From assembly GCF_009914755.1 (NCBI RefSeq), contig NC_060926.1: a stretch of 64,000 bases of DNA; one strand, 5' to 3'. This document shows, piece after piece, positions 1-13,790 of this stretch (its first letter is position 1; the number at the start of each line of letters is the position of its first letter). A program made the translations under genes and the position numbers. Below the pieces are notes generated by a model. That model saw only the letters and a program-made list of their open reading frames with translations. It was not told the DNA's origin and did not search any database. The stretch comes from the human T2T-CHM13v2.0 reference genome, Homo sapiens.

Positions 1-149
1 AAACAAATGCAACTGCTTGGCAAAAAAAAAAAAAATTGGCACTATTTCCTCTGAAGAAACAGACTCTATGCATGGGAATTGCTGAAAATGGGGCAAAAAG
101 TCCCCTTGTACACTCTGCAGACTGCCCCCCTCCCCTGCAATCTAACCCT

Positions 150-705
150 CTCATCTCTTGCCTCTGCTCTTGCAGCAGTTTCTAGACTCCCCTCCCAGTG
201 TCCACTCTGCCCTCATCATCGTCATCCATAGAGCAGTGGCAGGGATTTTCACGTGGATCCCCACACCATTGCCCTGAGCAGCATGGGGTGTGGGTGCCCC
301 AGGACACTTGACTCTGCTCAGCCCGGCCCCCACCCATCTCCCGCTGTTCACTCTGTTTGTTCTCCTTGGAATAAGACAAGATCATTTTTGCCTCTGGAAC
401 ATTGCACTTGGCTGCTTCCTCTTTCTGGACTCCTTTCTGGGATATTTGCAAGGCCTCCGTTCATCCCACAGAGGGTCTGCCTCTGACCATCCCATCTCAA
501 ATAGCTGCTTCCCACCCACTCACAGTGGCTGACTCACACCACCTGGTATGATTGTCTTTATCAAAATGATCAGCCATCGATTTGTTTTGTACCTGAACAT
601 GTTTGCTGGTTTATTTCCTCCCTCTTGTTTCTTTTGTTCACCTCTATATCCCCCGTGGTTCTGTATGCTCATCACGCAGTAGGTGTTCAGTAAACACTTG
701 CTAAG
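150..705 (+). mobile_element. LINE L2 3' fragment
   Basis: Degenerate L2 3' end (ttgttcacctctatatccccc...agtaggtgttcagtaaacacttgctaagtg). Confidence 0.55.
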
Positions 706-1485
<780 letters not shown>

Positions 1486-1506
1486 CTAAGAAAAGACATG
1501 CATGAG

Positions 1507-2039
1507 TGTGATTGCTTAAGAATACATCCACAACCTCTTTGCTTTTCCTCCCTTCAAGAGATGGAGCTTAATTCCTTTCCGTTTGATTGTGGGCTGGACT
1601 TAGCAAATTGTTTCTAACAAAGGAAGATGACATAAGTGAAGGTTTGTAACTTCGAGACTGGGTCGTAAGAGGCATCCTGACTTCCTCCTTGCTCTCTCTT
1701 GGATCACTGGCTCTGGGGGAATCCGCTGCCGTGGTGTGAGGATGCTCCGGCAGCTCTATAGAGGACCCACGTGGCAAGGACTGAGGCTTCCTGCTAGCAG
1801 CCATGTGAGTGAGCCATGGTCTAGGAAGTGGACTCCCCACCTCGATCAAGCGTTTGGAGGACTGTAGCCCAGATGGCTACAAGTTGTCTGTAACTTCAAG
1901 AGAGACCCTGAGCTAGAAGCACCCAGCCAATCTACTCCTAAATTCCTGTCCCACAGGAAAGGTAACATAATAGATATATTCATTGTTTTAAGCCACATTT
2001 GGGGGATAATTTGCTGTACAGCAACAGATAAGTAAAACA
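1507..2039 (+). mobile_element. MaLR solo LTR, MLT1F-like
   Basis: gctctgggggaatccgctgcc, gagaccctgagctagaagcacccagcc, cagcaacagataagtaaaaca terminus. Confidence 0.8.
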
Positions 2040-2639
2040 AAAAGCTATTTTAGAATTCCTCCAAACAAAAGAAAACACATTACTTTGTGCCTTGATAGTC
2101 TTTGGAACTCTCTTAGCCAACCAGGACCCCACCTCCCTGCAGGACAGGATCATCCCAATAATCACACTCTTGGAACTACGGTCTCTTCAGTTCCTTCTCC
2201 AGTACTCATGGTGCTCCAGCACAACATGTGAGTGGATGAGCTGGGACTCTGACTCACAGAACAATACACACAGTACATTTCAAGTATATTTCATTAGTCT
2301 ATTCAGATCTCTCCTCTGGGTGTGATCGTTTTCATTTTCTTTCAAATTCCAATTCTGTTATCTCTTGGCTGCTGTTACTCCCAGATATTTTCCAATGTTG
2401 CCTGGCTACTGACAGATACAATTCTTCCCTCCCACCCTTTCCTTTATTTGCTTCTTCGAACAGCACGTTCACATGCCTTATCTAATGGCCCTCTGGGTCC
2501 TGCTTATCTTCAAGATCCTTCTCCCATTTCTCCCCTCTTATGGCGCCTTAGGCAGACACAGCTGGTAGATCACCTAGAAGAGGACCGTCTTGCCTGGTTT
2601 CTTTCTGGGCTGCTACTGCTTATCCCATGGCTGGATGTT

Positions 2640-3052
2640 TGTATCAGTCAGGACCAGATAAGCTATGCTACAGTAACAGTCAAGCCCAAAATATCAAGGG
2701 ATTAAAAACTTTGTTTTCATTTGTTTGTCCCCTTCTCCACCCTGTCCTTCTACATGTCCACTGCTTTCTGGTTGGGGGCATGGACTCATCTCCATCTCAC
2801 AGACCCTGGCTGACAGAAGCTCCATTCCTATGCTTCCATGATAGAAAGGCAGAAAAAAGAGAAATATGTTGAATAATATTTGCTCTGACGTTTCTCTGAA
2901 AGGGATCTATGCCCTTCTGATCTCATTTCATTTGCCAAAGCAAGTCACATGGCCACACCTAACCTCAAAGGGAGCAGGGAAGGGCCATCCTAATATGTGC
3001 TTGGAAAATGGAGAGTTGGAGATATTTGGTGAATATCACCAATGACTGCCAC
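2640..3052 (-). mobile_element. Ancient MaLR LTR (MLT1I/L class)
   Basis: ccaaagcaagtcacatggccacacctaac and atatttggtgaatatcaccaatgactgccaca terminus. Confidence 0.7.
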
Positions 3053-3104
3053 AATGCCATTGGTCTTTGGCCTGCCTGGCCTCTGTCTAAGCTCTGTAGG
3101 TTCT

Positions 3105-3670
3105 GTGGATAATCAGATAAGGGTCTCTTAGTTGCAACTGACAGAAATGTGACTCTGGTTGGCCTAAGAAGAAATGAATTTGTTGGCTTATGTGATTGAA
3201 AGTTTTAGTGGAAAGCTAAATCTAGCTTTCCAAAAAGCTATTAATAGTTCCAGATATTCAGAAAATGATGTCAGGAGTTAGTCTACACTGCCTGGCTCTG
3301 CTTTTGTCTGTGTTAGTTTATTCTCAAGCAGTCTCCCAAAGATGGAAGACTTGGACTTACAACCAGAGGAGAGATTGTCCCAGGAATTTCAACCAAAGTC
3401 CCTGGGGAGTTGCTTTGTGACTATGGCTGGCTGATTTGGGTCATGTGCCACATGTCTCAAATTAATCAGTGTGGACTAGCGGCTGTGACATCTCATTGGT
3501 CCAGGCCTAGTTCTTAGCCTTTGCCTGAGAGTCAGGGATGGGTCAGTCCCCAGGGAACTACCTTATCTAAGAGTAGAGGAGGGTGGGTCCCAGAAAGGAA
3601 GTCCAGGTGCTATTACTTGAAGACGGGAAAATGGACGCAGGGCAGATGGAAATCTCAGATATCCTCCCAG
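3105..3670 (-). mobile_element. Ancient MaLR LTR (MLT1K-like)
   Basis: ttagttgcaactgacagaaa start, ttgggtcatgtgcc, ggtgctattacttgaagacgggaaaatggacgcagggcag end. Confidence 0.7.
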
Positions 3671-3951
3671 ATATTCTTCGTGTTTTCTATTTCCCAGGCC
3701 ACAAATAACTCACATGACCCTTGCATTCCCCCACCGGCCTGTGTTGCTATGGACTCATCTCCACCAGGACTCGGCTTCTTTTGCTCTGGGTTGACCTTGG
3801 TGGCAGCCTGGGCAGTGAAGTGGCACCAACTCATCATCTCCTGGATGGCGGGGATGAAGCTAAGAACTCAATCGTGATCTTTTAAAAAATTTAAGCCCAA
3901 GTATTGCATCTTCTAAGGGAACTGAGAACAATCAGATTCAAATATAAGCCC

Positions 3952-4291
3952 TGATATGGTTTGGCTGTGTCCTCACCAAATGTCATCTTGAATTGTACTC
4001 CCATAATTTCCGTGTGTTGTGGGCGAGACCAGGTGGGAGATAATTTGAATCATGGGGGCGGTTTCCCCCATACTGTTCTCATGGTAGTGGGTGGGTCTCA
4101 CAAGATCTGATGGTTTTATCAGGGCTTTCCACTTTTCCATCTTCCTCATTTTTTCTCTTGCCACCACCATGTAAGACGTGCCTTTCACCTCCCACCACGA
4201 TTCTGAGGCCTCCCCAGCCATGTGGAACTGTCAGTCCAATTAAACCTCTTTTTCTTCCCAGTCTCAGGTATGTTTTTATCAGACTAATATA
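3952..4291 (+). mobile_element. THE1 solo LTR (THE1A-like)
   Basis: tgatatggtttggctgtgtcc start, actaata(t)a end, 5-bp TSD agccc at 3947-3951 and 4292-4296. Confidence 0.92.
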
Positions 4292-4644
4292 AGCCCCACA
4301 TCTTCTAGAAAGCCAAATCCAAGAAGATTTTTAAAAAAATCACTATTATGAAAAACTCCTGCTCTCCTCTCCTCTAGCACTGAAGATGGACACAACATAT
4401 TATTTTGAGCAACTGGAAAATTGTTCAGATAATTAGCATGGAAGTTATCTTGCAGCAGTGCTGGCTCCATTTTAGGCAACTACGCCTACGTGGTAGTTAT
4501 TTCTGTAAAGCATGTGGTTCGTTTGAAAACTCTGACATAACACTTTCTATGCAAGGAGGAAGTGAAGTGTCTTCCCCAGCAACAGACCTGGGAACTGGAT
4601 CCAACGGCAAGAATCGAGAAAGAAACAACTTTCAAGTAGATGCT

Positions 4645-5010
4645 TTATAGAGCCCTGGAGAGGGAAGGTGATCATTTGAAGCCAGCGGGAGTTCACTAAG
4701 GGCCAATCATGCAAGATTAGTTTCATTTCCTTATTTTGACAGGGAAATTGGACTTGCAGGGCTGAGGCCTTCTGTAGACATAATATATCGGGATGGAACC
4801 AACATTTTTTGAAAAATTTCTCATGAGGTCCTTTGGCTGTAGTGCTGAGGGATCCCGCTGGATTGGTAAGGGATTACGGACTCTACTGAAGTGGGGCCAA
4901 ATGCTGTCAAGTTAGGGAACAGCCCTCAGGCTTTCTGCAGGTCTCTGTCATTCATTCTCTGTTGTGTAATATTTTTGTCTGTAATTTCAGCGATATTGAT
5001 AGCACACTGG
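4645..5010 (+). mobile_element. L3/CR1 LINE fossil, reverse-transcriptase region
   Basis: Frameshifted translation SQREFTKGQSCKISFIS..FDREIGL..SVDIIYRD..F*KISHEVL resembles CR1 RT SQHGFTKGKSCQTNLISFFD..AVDIIYLDFSKAFDKVSHDIL. Confidence 0.8.
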
Positions 5011-5069
5011 ATCTTACTATTAATCATATTAGCATTTCTTACTAACTAAAATAATAGTAGCACCCACAG

Positions 5070-5232
5070 GTGCTGCTAACAGTTACTGGGTATACACTAT
5101 ATTCTGGGCACTATGTTTAAGGCATTATATGGACTAAATTATGAATATCCCATAACCCAGTAAGGTAGGAGCTATTATTTTTCTTTTTTAATGGCAGAAA
5201 ACTAACATTGGCATTGAGAGGGGATTAACTTG
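5070..5232 (-). mobile_element. MIR SINE fragment
   Basis: ctgggcactatgtttaaggcatt...aaggtaggagctattatt...gaaaact. Confidence 0.6.
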
Positions 5233-5485
5233 GAAACCCCAGTTAGGCTTTCTCAGCTTTCTAGTATCTAAGAAAGACATTCAAGATGACAGAACTGTGG
5301 AGAACAAGAAGACAGAAAAGCTATATGGGACCAGACAGTCTCACCCATACCAAAGCTAAGATGCAAACTGGGCTCTGATCTCCCTGGTAGCCAAAGCAAG
5401 AACAGAAACAGGAATCCTCTGTTGGATTTCGATGTTTGTGAACAGAAAACAAATGAGTCCCTCAGGGAAGCAAAATTCCTCTTGG

Positions 5486-5486
<1 letters not shown>

Positions 5487-5540
<54 letters not shown>
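5487..5540. repeat. Compound microsatellite (TG)17(AG)10
   Basis: Read directly from the sequence. Confidence 0.97.
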
Positions 5541-6388
5541 GAGAGGGAGACCACTTATCACAGTGGCTTCTTCAGTTCTATACACACTGTCCTCAAGGGT
5601 CTTTCTTATGGCCTCCATACACACATGCAGAAGGTTTAATCACAAAGTGCAACTCAGTGGCACAGGAGGGAACAAGACAATATCGAGTATTAATACTGTT
5701 TATTAACAATTTTTCAAAAAAAGGATAATGAGTTCATTTGGGCTGAGTTAGAACAGCAGAAACCATGCTGAAAACCACGCAACCTTGACCATGGTGTGAC
5801 CTAGATGTGAGTTTCATCGTACCATCTTCAAGAGGAATGTGCGTTTAGCCCATGATTGCTCAAAACATTAACTACCTTGTATGACATTCATCCTTCTGGC
5901 AGTTTTCAATCGTTATGCTTTATTTAGACTTCTTATCTCTTTCACGTTTCATTGAAAAACAATAAATAATCTTGGTCTTTTCAGGGAGAATAATTGCCCA
6001 TTACTTGAAAAGAAAGCAGGTTTTGTGCCATATTCAGATGCTCACATGACTCCCACCCCGGAATGCCTTGTCAGGGGCAGCTGCAGATGCAACAAGGATC
6101 ATCTGGAGCTGAATTTGCACATCTCACCAAGGGACCCACTATGATGGCTGCAGCTCACTTTGCATAGCATTCCTACTTCCTGCAGAATTCCAGCCCTTAC
6201 TGAATCCCCTCAGTTACCTTAGGCTGGATGCTGATAAAGAAGTGACCGTGCTACATCCAGCGTGCCTGTCCCCAGGACCCTGGGAGGAGGTGGAAGAGAC
6301 GGCATCAATAAGTCACCGTGGTGTCAAGCACAGAGCTAGCTCTGCCCATGTGCGCCACCTCTAATTTTCACTATGACCCCACATCCTA

Positions 6389-6834
6389 GGTTAGGGGTTG
6401 CCTTGTGTTCCCTGCAAAAATAGGTTGAAGTCCTAAACCCCAGTATCTCATAATGTGACCTTATTTGGAAGTAGGGTCTTGGCAGAGGTAATCAGGTTAA
6501 AATGAGGTCATTAGGGTGAGCCCTGGTCCAACAGGACTGGTGTCCTTGTAAAAAGAAGACATTTGGACACAGAGGCAAGGCTGTGTAAAGGTTCACACAG
6601 AGAACACCGTGTCAAGATGAGCAATGCTGTCACAAGCCAAGGAACGTCTGTAGCCACCAGGAGCTGGAAGAAGCAGGAGATATTCTTCCCCTACGGGTTT
6701 TAGAGGGAGCGCAGCCCTGACGCCATCTTCATTTTGGATTTCCAGCCTCCAGGACAGTGGTGCAACCAATTTTTGTGGTTCTAAGCCACCCAGTTTGTGG
6801 TACTTTGTTATGGCAGCCCTGGGAAACTAACAGA
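6389..6834 (+). mobile_element. MaLR solo LTR MLT1C-like, inserted in a MIR (~6310-6960)
   Basis: gtgaccttatttggaagtagggtc, taagccacccagtttgtggtactttgttatggcagccctgggaaactaa. Confidence 0.88.
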
Positions 6835-8491
6835 CTGGACACAATTATCATCATAGCAGAGGACATTGGGGGTCAACAGAGTGTAAGGAATTTCTCCAAG
6901 CTCATCTAACTGCTGTGAGGGAAGAATTCAGGTGTGAAGTTATCTTTAGAGTCTCTATGTGAGCTCAGCAGTCACCCTGGTGTAGACAGGAATGTTGCCT
7001 ACAGATACCAATTATGGGCACCAGCAGCCCTGTTTTTGGAGGAAGGGGTGATAACCACCACATTTCACATGCCTTGCAGTGTTGCACACAAACTGCTTTC
7101 TCCAAGCCTCCCCATTTAGTGCAAAATATTGTGCAAAACATTGGTGCAAAATATTGTGCACCAACTCCAATACCATGAATAGGTAAAATGGGTACAATTA
7201 TAAATGATGAAAGTTCTCCCCTGAGATGTTGGTCCCTGCTTTCATCCAATCTACAAGAAAAGGATGCACTTACCTTCCACCCTGGAGGACTTGGCAAGGG
7301 CAGGCAGGTGTGTCACTTATAGACAAGTGGCAGAGCACCTTGCCAGAGAAAAGGGAAGAATTCAGTTTGATGGGCTGCAGGAATCAGAAGGTGGCATCTC
7401 AGCAACTGGCTTTGAACAAAAGATTTCAAGAGCAGGGTGACTTGTCAGCTCCATTCCTGATCATGTCCCAGAAAAGTCTGGGTTCAGGTACTCATGAAAG
7501 CTGTGATAGCAGGCAGCAGGCAGGACTCTGTGAAAGAGGTCAGTGTTGTATGAAACAGTGGAGCATTCTCCAGCCCCGTATTGTATTTCCGGCAGCTTCT
7601 TGATCTGATCACAGCAGCCATCTGCATAATGCAGGCACCCTTAATCCGTATTTTGGTAATTGTAACCATAGATCACAGGAATTCATTCCCTGGCACACAA
7701 GATAAGAGATGAAGAAACCGCTTTATGCATGCAAATCAAAACCGCTTGTATTCCTGAATACAATGATGGAAAAAAAAAAATGTGAGTTTCCAGATGTGCC
7801 AGAGAGAGATTTTCAAGACGTACAGTCACTCCATAACACATTCTGATGAATTTTTCAGAGATGAAATATGCCTTTGATTAAGGAAGGCTTTTTTCCTCCT
7901 TTTTGATAAGTCCTGTGTGCATGGGGGTACTCATTTAGTCATGATGTCGTATGCAAAATGAAAGGATAAAACCTTCACTTTGATTTATGATCATGGTTAT
8001 TAATTTCCGATGCAGCTTTTGGGTTTGGATTATTGGGGGGTGGAGGGATTTGGCAACGAATATGAAAAGCATGGGAGATTTACTGCGATAAACATCGCAG
8101 CAGAGGTCTTGCTGTAAATAACAAAACTTCCGAAAAGAAGTATTAAATCCCACATTATTAGTAGGTAGAGGAAGAAACTTAAAAATGTAACTTCTGATGC
8201 AGGTCAGGATTTCTGTGCAGGCAACTTCCAAAGGGAGCCTCTTGTGTGGGGACTAGAGGTACGTTTTCTTGTTTTCCGTGAGAACTGTGATTCCAAACCT
8301 GTTTCACTGAAAAAGGATGTTTCCTGGATCCTGGTGCAATTGGCACTAAGGCCATACTTGTGGTTGATGTTGCTAATGATCACCGGTCACAGGATAAAAT
8401 TTTGATAGTTTATTTTCTATGTCTTATGTAAAAATGCACAGTAATGAGCTGGTTGTTTCAAAATTCCAGCTTTAATTGTGTGTTACATTCA

Positions 8492-8876
<385 letters not shown>

Positions 8877-9183
8877 AAGATTTCAAGCTGGCTGGCAGGA
8901 GGGAGCTCAGACCTGGGGGATGATGTGGGGAACAGTTGAGTACCTGCTATCACACAGGGCAGGGCCAGCTATCCATTCGCAAGTTTTACTCTTTTCAGGC
9001 TGGTTCTGGCTGGTGTCCATGACCGTGGGATGTACCTGACCCACAGTCTGCAGGCAGAACTTGGTATGGAGTCACAATTCCAGAGACATCCAACTGGAGC
9101 CCCCAACACATGGGGTTCAGAACCTTGGGTGGGACCCAAAGAGACTGGAGGTGGAAGTCAAGAAGGAAGATGCCAAGCAGGAG

Positions 9184-9538
9184 CGTCTTAGTCATTTGGG
9201 CTCTCATAACAAAGTACCATCAACTGAGGCTTAGAAACAATAGAACTTTATTTTCCACAGTTCTGGAGACTGAGAAGTCCAAGATCAAGACACTGCAGAG
9301 TGCATGTCTGGTGAGGGACCCTCCCTGGTTCACAGATGGCAATTTTCTCATTGTGTACTTACATGGTGGATGGGGTGTGGGAACTCTCTGGGGTCCCTTT
9401 AATAAGGGCACTAATCCCATTCACGAGGGCTCCACCTTCTTGACCTCATTGCCTCTCAAAGGCTCCACTCCTAATACCATCATGTTGGTGATATTCAATA
9501 AGTGAATTTTAGGGGGACACAGACATTCAGACCAGGCA
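9184..9538 (-). mobile_element. MaLR solo LTR MLT1A0-like
   Basis: ataagggcactaatcccattcacgagggctccacc and gggggacacagacattcagacc terminus. Confidence 0.88.
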
Positions 9539-9689
9539 TCTTGGATATCTAGGTAGCTGAGGACTGGTTAGTACTGTGTACAAATCATCAATAAGGGCAA
9601 AGGAGCTGGAGAGGACAAAATCCATATCTCATTCAGGATCGGCACTTTTACCAAAGCACCAAGAGTTGAAGGGACCGAGACAGAGTGAG

Positions 9690-10860
9690 GAGAGGCCCGT
9701 CGGTGTTTACAGAGGCCCCTGTTCCCTCCCCCGGGGTCTATAGAAATGCAGCAATACTGTGACCAGAGAAACAGCGCAAGCCGGGGCGGGGAAATCACAA
9801 GCTGTGGAACTGCGCTGGCAGCTCCAGGTCGTGAGCCCAGACAGGGCCTCTCGTGAGCATCGCCTCTAACTCCCATGGCCACCCTCGCACCCAATGGCCT
9901 GGCTGAAACGGGGCCCCAAGGAGCCTGGGGAAGTCATGCTCTTTCCCTGCCTTGCATTTCAGCACTGCTGGCGCTGGAGAACTTTTGCCCCCTCCACTCA
10001 GCCAGACAGGAAAAGCACCCCCGGCCTGGGGTCGTTGATCCTATATTTTCCAGAAAACTAGCAAGCGAGATTGCCTTTTCTCAAATGCAGATCACAGGGG
10101 GATGTGGGGAGGGGAGGGGCAGGCACAAGGCTGGAGAACCACAAGGAGCCCCTGAAAGCACCGCCCAGGACGCTTCTCTGGAGAGAAGCCCGAGGAACGC
10201 AGAGCTGCTTTGAATTAGCCCAGAACCGGGCGGGACGACCTCAGAAGGCAAAACAGGAGGCGCCCCGTGCACATATGGACCCAGGCACCGACTGTTTACC
10301 TGCCGATTCTCTTCTAAACTCTTGGCAATAAGGACAGAGCTCAGTTTGGTGCTGCCATCTGAGTGCTGGCTGACTCTGGCTCGGCCGCCCTCCCTTGGCC
10401 GCGAAGGTCCCCACGAGCTCCGGGTTGCAGTTATCCCTGCAAAGCTTGCCAGCTCTGGCCCATAAAAGCCTCTCTGCAAAGCAGAGGAATAGGCCCATTT
10501 TGTTCTGAAATACTAGTATGGATTTTTTATCTTAAAGTGAGAAAAAAAAAAAAAAACTTTAGGAGCAGGGAAATAAACTTTTAACCATTTCAATCAATCA
10601 TAAAATTACAGTTTATTTTCCCCACCCTCTCCCAAGTAAATTAAATTCAATGAAACAATAGGTTCAAGTTACAACTAACATTTAGGCAAAGCAGGTTTTT
10701 AGTGAATTTGTCGAGTGAGCAGATGACTCATAGCAATCACAGCTCAGTCAACAGCTTCGAAGCAGCTTGAGCACGCAGAGCGCAACGGTGTAAAGCAAAA
10801 TCTGTTGCCTTTGAACGGTTTTAAACGAAGCCTTGAGAAAACAAACACATTTCGTGGATT
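9690..10860. promoter_or_regulatory. CpG-enriched non-repeat block, candidate promoter/enhancer
   Basis: GC box GGGGCGGGG 9783-9791, CCAAT 9891-9895, G4 motif 10097-10119, AP-1 ATGACTCAT 10723-10731, TCF/LEF CCTTTGAA 10808-10815; visibly more CpGs than the flanks. Confidence 0.5.
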
Positions 10861-13057
10861 TTTTCTTTTTCTTTTTTAAGTCTGAGGCATCTGCAATGTG
10901 GAATTCTTTGCAGTAATTAAGATTTGTGGATGGGTGAATTTTAGAAATATGAGTCCTTCAAGATGTTTTGTTGGAAATGTGGGAAAGGGGTCATTGCTGA
11001 TAATTGTGTGATGAAACAGAATTATGAGCTCCTCTGGGCCAGGCTGCTCTTCTCTGAAGCTTTCTAATGCCGTTGTAAACCTCTGGGAAAGCTTTCTGGA
11101 TTATTCTCTCACCACAAGCACCCACAAGACAAACCGGACAAGCCGTTAAGCACAGACGGAAGTTGCAGAAAAGTTTAACACTGCCAGGGAGTGTGTCTCC
11201 AGATGCACCAAGCTTGAGTGTGGCTGGCCCCACCTGGCTCATGTGCCCCTTGGCAGGCTGCTTCCCATCACGTTGTCCACAACACATGCACCTGGGTTTG
11301 ATGTTAGACTCAAGAAAAGATCTATTTTCTTGCTTCCAACACCTCCCCTTGGTGACTCCCTTGGGCCCTCATCCTCCTCTCCATTGTTACATCTCAATGA
11401 GCAGAACCAGGACATGAAGAGTTGTTCTCCAGTTGGCCGCCTTTTCCCTCTTCCTTGGGCTCCATCCCACCCGGTCGTGAAGGTACTGTGGAATCACGAC
11501 TGCTGACAGCCTCCCTCTGGCCACGCCACCCATCTCCTCCATACTTGGACACACTTGCTTCATCATCTCTCTGGAGCCCAGTGAGGCTTCACTCACCACC
11601 TGCTTTGCCTCCATCAACTTGAAGCCCTCCTGCCTCCTCACCTTGGAACTGCTCCCCACGGGGAGCCCATCCTCGGAGCCTTGCTTCCATGGGAAGGTGA
11701 CTGTCTCTCCAAACGTCAGCCCATTTCAAGACTGGAGATGATGTTGCAGACACAGAGCTGGTCTTGGGAGCACCCGTAAGAGACATATGCGCAGAGCTTC
11801 CCGAGGCACACCCACTTGGCACACCAGTGGTTTGTGCCTATGCATGGTTTAAAGAAATGGAGTTTGGAGAATTGGGCCAAAACCACAAATGGAATCAGCC
11901 CTTTCTGATGAAATCATCTGATTTTCTCAGAAAGCTGCTGGAGGTGATGGAAACTTGGAAAGATGTCGGTGGCTTTTGAGACATGGGATTTGACAAGGGA
12001 ACTGCATCCAACAGTTTGTCAGAGGAGTTCCGAGGTGGCTCCTCTGAGAACACCTATTTTGTTCTTTCCCTTCTCCATGATATGAGTAAGTCCCTCGAGT
12101 TATAAATAGCTCTTGTTGCAGCTCAGGAGGGTGATAAACTGTGATTGGAATGAGATGTCGGTGCGGAGATGGGCCCAGAGGAGTGGGATGAGAGGCAGAA
12201 GTGAGGACCAGTAGGTAAAGCCCATGAGGCATGGTGGACAGGGCTGGGCTAAGGATCAGGGCACTGTGGCAAAGGTCTCTGTGAACTGGGTTAAGTGTCC
12301 AGGTATGCAGGCAAATCCCAAGACCAAGAGCAGACAAGACAGGGGAGCCCCCAAATAAGCTTGGTTGGCTCAGATGGCTCACGCCCCCTCCTCTGGGCCA
12401 GGGATGGGCCCTGGGGCCAGAGGTGGATGCAGCCCAGGGGAAGATGAAGGCTGCGGCTGAGAAGCAGGGTCACGCATCCAGAAACACGTGGCCTGTCTCT
12501 GGATCTAAATCTGAGCACATTGTCAAGTCACAGGTCAGAGTCCAGGACCAGGGACTGCAAGCCCAGATTGGACGGATGCGTGCACCAGAAACAGCGGTGA
12601 CAGGGCCCAAGGGGTGGGCTCCTGGAAACCTTGGGGGTGAGACCGCTCCATTTCCACTCTGCTTTAGTTGTTCATTTCACAGTCCCAATTTCTGTATTCT
12701 TGTAGAAAAGAACGCACTAAGAGATTGCCAAATGCTTTGCTAAAATATATGCATAACTTTATTCCATTCCTATTTTCTAGTCTAGTTCTCCTTTTCTTAG
12801 TTTTTAAAGACTATTTCATTATTTAAACAAAGTTATTCTCTGAAGATTGATACTGGCATTGAGTGATCCTCATGTCCATCCATGAGCACAGCCATCTGCT
12901 TGGTCGTCTGTTCTAAATGCTGTGTTGTAGTGTGGCAGAACGAAAACAGAGTGCAGTACACACAACTGTGCTTTAAAAATCATGCATTTACCACCAACTG
13001 TAGGGACTATATCAAAATGCCAACTGTTGGCTTTAGGTGCTAGAACACTTAGGCAAG

Positions 13058-13296
13058 TTCTTTTTCCTGCCTTCCTGTCTTCCTCTTCCTTCCTTCCTTC
13101 CTTCTTCTTTCTCTCTCTTTTCTTTCTCTTTTTTCTTTCTTTCTTTCTTTCCTTCTTTCTTTCTTTTTCTCTCTTTTTCTTCCTTCTTTCTTTCTTCCTT
13201 CTTTCTATCTTTCCTTCTTTCTTCCTTGTTTTTCTTTTATCTTTCTTTTCTTTTTCATTTTTCCTTTCTCTCTCTTTCCTTCTCTCTTTCTTTCTT
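13058..13296. repeat. Polypyrimidine (CTTT/CCTT)n low-complexity tract
   Basis: About 240 bp of almost pure C/T. Confidence 0.95.
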
Positions 13297-13644
13297 ACAT
13301 TTTCACAAACGTTTGTTCTGCTTTTATAATGAAAAAAATCATATTAAAACAAAAAAACCTCCAACAGATCATGAACAACCCTAGTCAGCCAGGCCCCTGA
13401 CCTCACTGGGCAGATCAGATGTTTTAAAGGAACTTGAAGTTGACAGATTCTGGTGGACACTGTGTCATTGCTGTTGAGTCTCCTTGGAATACCAAGACTC
13501 CAACCCCATGAGAGTGGGTTTGTGTTTTGAAGGCCCCACCTTCTAAGTCCTGCTTCTGACATCTTCCCTTGCATGGATACCAGTAGTAAGTGGCCAAACA
13601 AAAGAACCTGCCTGCTGTAAGAAGCTTTGTCCTGGTCTCACCTT

Positions 13645-13790
13645 ATAAAATCCTAGAAACTCATGAAGTCATATAGTCTTAGATCATCTATTTCAACCAC
13701 TTCATGGTGCAAATGAGGCTGCATAGAAATATTAACCAGAGTCCTTCAAATTGAGAGAGTTGGAACTGGAGAAAAGCCTCGGACTTTTGT
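13645..13790 (-). mobile_element. MIR fragment
   Basis: ttagatcatctatttcaacc...caaatgaggctg. Confidence 0.45.

Noticed and set aside
3941-4296. Apparent 11-bp TSD aatataagccc around THE1A
   Set aside because: Explained by the normal 5-bp TSD plus chance similarity of the mutated LTR end (aatata) to the flank
8083-8100. Hairpin ctgcgat-aaac-atcgcag (similarly ggcccctc/gaggggcc near 48590)
   Set aside because: 7-8-bp stems are expected by chance in 64 kb; intrinsic terminators do not apply here
12982-13384. Phe/Leu/Ser-rich 'membrane protein' ORFs
   Set aside because: Translation of the C/T simple repeat
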